DNA from: Sphyrna mokarran
Taxonomy: Eukaryota
NCBI GenBank assembly: GCA_024679065.1
Contig: JAGIQG010000001.1
Location: 111,538,001-111,602,000 of the forward strand
Direction of reading: 5' to 3'
DNA length: 64,000 bases
Shown piece after piece: positions 59,901 to 64,000 of the stretch (position 1 is the first letter of the stretch; every line of letters starts with the position of its first letter). The notes under the pieces are model-generated. The model did not search any database and was not told the origin of the DNA. It was given only the letters and a program-made list of their open reading frames with translations. Made by a program: the position numbers and the translations under genes.

Positions 59901-62900
59901 GCTTGGCTCGATGTGATTTAGATAGGTCTGGTGAAATTGAACCAGGGTAGATAATATATTTTAAATTTATACTCACAACTGTTGACTTACTAAGCAGAAG
60001 ATGAGTTGCTTGGGAAGAATTCTGAACTCTATGTGCAATCAACACTTCCAAGAGCAACTGAAAATAAAACAGAAAAATTCTGTACAGCCAGCAAAAATTC
60101 TATCTCAGACCATAATCTATATTGTTAATTTTACTTCACAGGTGCCCGAAAACTCTGCATTACATTCAATTCTATTTTTAGGATTAAGTGCAGAAGGAAA
60201 ACTCCATTTGGCCTTAGATATAGGATGCTGTCAGTTTATGTAAAGTGGTATTTTTCAATTCATTAATATGTGCTTGGTTACCAAATCTGGGCTTGCAGTA
60301 TACAATCACAAAAGGATTATTTCATCTACCATGATGATCAAGATAAATCCAAATTTGGTATTTTGCTGCACTGTGCTTCACAGTGCAAGAGATTTTCTGA
60401 AAAAGTGAATGTGAATTGATAAGTTTTCTAAGCAAAGTTTTCAAAGACCTTAATTACAAATGTGCAATATGGCAATGGGAGACATCAGATTTAATGATCA
60501 ACTCATCAAATAATTTTCCTAAAATGTTGGACTTGGCTTGAACCTTACAAAGAAATATTTATTTTGCATTTTCAATAAGCAGATAAATGTACTTGTTCAA
60601 TCAATACTGTAGACCTAAATTATAGGTGCAGGAAAGTAAATGACATTTTATTTATAAAGGGGATGAAATTAAACTGTTAACATTGTAATGAGTGTGCCAA
60701 TATATATTTGTATCGATTGTCTCCAATTTTTTAAAATAAAGGCATTAGACCTTTATGTTACATAGATTAACACTTTTTAACAGCGACAGGAGTTTTGTAG
60801 GTGAGCATTTAATATTCATTACTAATATTATAGAATACAACATTAACCTACAAGAGAAGTGACTCCGAACTTAGACCAGATTTTCATTGATGATGATAAT
60901 AATGTAATAAGGGTAGTGTTTTTAGCTCAGTACTCATAGTTATCAGCAACAAAATTAAAGACATCATTTCATCATTTGCTTTAAAAGAACTTCATTATTT
61001 CTTTTATTAAGTGGGTATGAAAGGATAACTGCATCAAGTTGAATAGAAACAGTTGAACAAGTTTTTATCAAATTTCTCTAGTCACTATTTTAATGTAGTC
61101 TTAACACATTTATTTTATTTGGATAAAACCAATAATGGACACAGCCCAAGAATTTCATGTAAGCATTTCTCAAAAAAGAATTGTTTCATACTATAAGTAC
61201 AGCTGGAAACAACAGACCTTGGCTTACTTGATAACTTCAATGTTTTAGGCATTTATTTCAACTATTGAGTAAATAGATGGGAAAACATAGCACAAAAATC
61301 AAAATAGCATCCTCGGCTCCTATTTCAGCTGAATGTGACACTGTTTTGCAATTAACTTCATTAAATGAATCTGAATGCATTCAATGGTATCAGAAAATCC
61401 TACAATCTTGATACACATAGTGCAATGTATATAGCAGATTAAAAGCTATCTTCAGGCTTTAAAAAGAATTTATATTTACATGAAACAAAAAAAAATAATT
61501 GTAATCCGCAAATTGGCATAATGTGCCAATGAAATTTTTTTAATATATTCTTTAGAATCTTTAAATTTATATGAATGAAATAATGTTTCTATATGATGAC
61601 ATATTGTTATGTGAAAATTATAGCCTGGGTGTTCCAAACATCAGCTGATGAGATTCTTTTGTCTTTGGTTTTAATAGAGGTGCTGGTCCCTAAAATAAAT
61701 GAGTTAATTTGTCACTAAAAGAGTGATCAGAGAAATTTGATACAAACTTGTTAAGCTTTCATGCACTAAAGCCTCTATCATATAATGACTCTGCATTCAG
61801 TACATTTTCAATATATAAATTGTTATGCCCACGTACGCCATTTACTTTAACAGGTTATATCAGCACCTGATGTAATAAATTTTTGCTGTTGCTATCAGGG
61901 CAATCTGCATTTGTAGCAGAAAAACAGGTTAAAAGGATGTTGCATTTTACTTTGGACTAATTTGTGGTATAATTGCACATTTCATTGTTAAAAATTGTGA
62001 CTGTTCAATCCAAGATATCACTTGACATGTTACAGAAAGTTTTAATGGTCTATTTCTGCATGCAACAAATTTAAATTGATATTGGGAATTACAAATCAAT
62101 TCACATCCTAGACGTAGACAGCATAATTTCTTCCTCCCGCACATTTAGTGCAATTTGTGAATTAGAATAGCTGTTGTAAAATGAGTACAGTGCCCATATT
62201 TTCTATTCACCACTCTGACTGCAAGAAAAGTAAAAACATTAATAATGGTAAATTACTGCTATTTATGTGAATTTGCAGCGCTGCATGGTAACATATAAAT
62301 AGTCCTTCTGTGGTTACATGTCCTACAAGTAAAATTTGAAGAGAAGGGTTGAATTTCTAAACATAAAACCAACACCAAATTGTCTGCATTGTCTTCTTTC
62401 TCAACAATTCAGATTTCAAACCCAACATTTTATGTTTCTAGTTGTTTTAGTTAAAGGTGACCTGACAGTGCTAACCATTTGAATCAGTTATCATCTATCC
62501 ATCTAGTTTATTTTAAGTACTCGTAAAATTCTCTTTGCTAATACTGCACATTATGGAGTTGTTGATGTCAGCATTCTGAATCTAGAATTTACAAAGCCAT
62601 GAGTTTGGTTTATCATAAATAGAAGCGGTATTAAAAAACTAAAAAGCAGTCTAAACTTGTTATCTTTCTTAAAAAAAACGAAAAATCTGAAGTAAGTTAA
62701 TGATTTAATTTATTGAAAATGGTAAGTGTGACATTTGTTGCAGCCAGGTTGCCAACCAGGAAAACAGGTTTCTTCTCCCATGTTTACACATGCAACTCAA
62801 CGCAGGGCAGTACTTTTTTTAGCACCTTTAAATATGTAAAAATTCTGCCTTGTCACAAGCAGGGCATTTGTCCAATCTGACAATATCTCCAGCCTTTTTT

Positions 62901-64000
62901 TTCCCAAACTTAGCTCACGGCGGAAAAGCCACGATAGATCAATCGTATAGTAATAGAGCCACGAGCCACGTCAGTCTTTTTTTTTCGCCTGCCTTCATAG
63001 GAGTTGTTCAGTTCAGGTTGTGTTTGTGCATGTTGGGGGTCTCTGACTAACAGGCTTAGTAATTTGACATTCCTGAGAATGTGAAATACTGAAACCTAAA
63101 CATCAATATCCAAGTGAGCGTAACTATATTTGCCCATTGCCTTCAAATTTAGTAAGCTCTTTCTTATTGAATGCCAAGAAGTTATTTTAAAAATAAGACA
63201 CACTTTGATATATTTAAGATATTCTAACAAAAGCCTCCAATGGAATGGAATGAAAGTCCAATGTTGCTGCGGGATTCATAGACAAACCAAGGGGAGAAAT
63301 GTAGCTAATTAAAATATCTACAGAAAGAAATGTATTTTGTAAAATAAATGTACCCTATGTAGAGATTGCTTACAAAATTACAAATACTTATTAACCCTTT
63401 GGGTACCAAAAGCATTTATGTGATAACTTCACGAATATATGCATTTTCAATTGGAAGTAATATACCATTTTCACATAGTTATTCCAAAGTAATATTTGTA
63501 GGACATGTTAAGCAATTAAAACAATAAATCCTATATAAATCAAAACACTTGTAATTTCATTTTAGTTTCATTGGAACAGAAATCTGATAAGTCACGGAAG
63601 AGGAAGTAATACTTTGGTGCTTATATCTGAAGGGATTACCATATTGATGTTGCTTTAGTCAGGAAGGCATAATAGAGAAAATATGTTTCTTTAGAATAGC
63701 AATGACAGAAAACATGAAAGCTGGAAAAACTAGCTGTCATAGCAATGCTTTCCAAAAGATTAATTAGCCCAATCCTGTTCCAATGTTCGCACCTCCACCC
63801 ATTCTAATTTGGAGATCATTGGCCACATTAGAATTATAAATGGGAAATTGGACAAGGGAAAGCATGAGATGAGATGCCACATTTTTGAGTCATATGGCTA
63901 TCCTACATTCTGTCCATGCTTGGGTCAAGAGATGTTTCATCTTTGTTCTAGTTTCAGCTTCCATGTATTATTAGAACAAGACTTCAATGCTACACCTCAG
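56936..64000 (+). other. ANTXR2: Probable long 3' UTR / downstream flank of ANTXR2; end not determinable
   Basis: Follows the stop codon, is AT-rich and has no recognisable SINE or LINE for about 7 kb. Several AATAAA hexamers occur (e.g. near 57838, 58776, 59116, 60735, 63343). Confidence 0.5.
57949..58080. other. Assembly gap (N run)
   Basis: Run of 132 N characters. Confidence 0.99.

Overview
Eukaryotic (vertebrate) genomic DNA, almost certainly from a shark or other elasmobranch, judged from many HE1-type V-SINEs, CR1/HER1 LINE ends and Deu-type SINE tails. It is AT-rich and CpG-poor, with one assembly gap (57949-58080). The only host coding sequence I recognise is a 39-nt terminal exon at 56897-56935 (+), GRCINFSRVQAQ*, matching the C-terminus of ANTXR2/CMG2 (human GRCINFSRVPSQ*). 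Positions 1-56896 are therefore most likely that gene's very long last intron, and the TE-free AT-rich sequence after 56935 is its 3' UTR or downstream flank. The intron holds HE1 SINEs, CR1, Rex1/Babar, RTE and L2-like LINE fragments, Harbinger-like remnants and MITEs, and several TE-free, motif-dense islands that look like conserved enhancers. The most striking signal is a set of small, TSD-flanked, palindromic Penelope-like elements (30537-30761, 47516-47866, with a shorter relative at 2446-2569). They carry minimal type I hammerhead ribozyme folds whose stem II sequences differ completely yet keep pairing. Also notable are two candidate phase-0 alternative terminal exons (61-159, 57352-57507) and a perfect 33-bp palindrome centred on a STAT site (37591-37623). 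None of the long ORFs in the supplied track is a credible host gene. Repeat boundaries and family names are by eye and from memory, so they are approximate.
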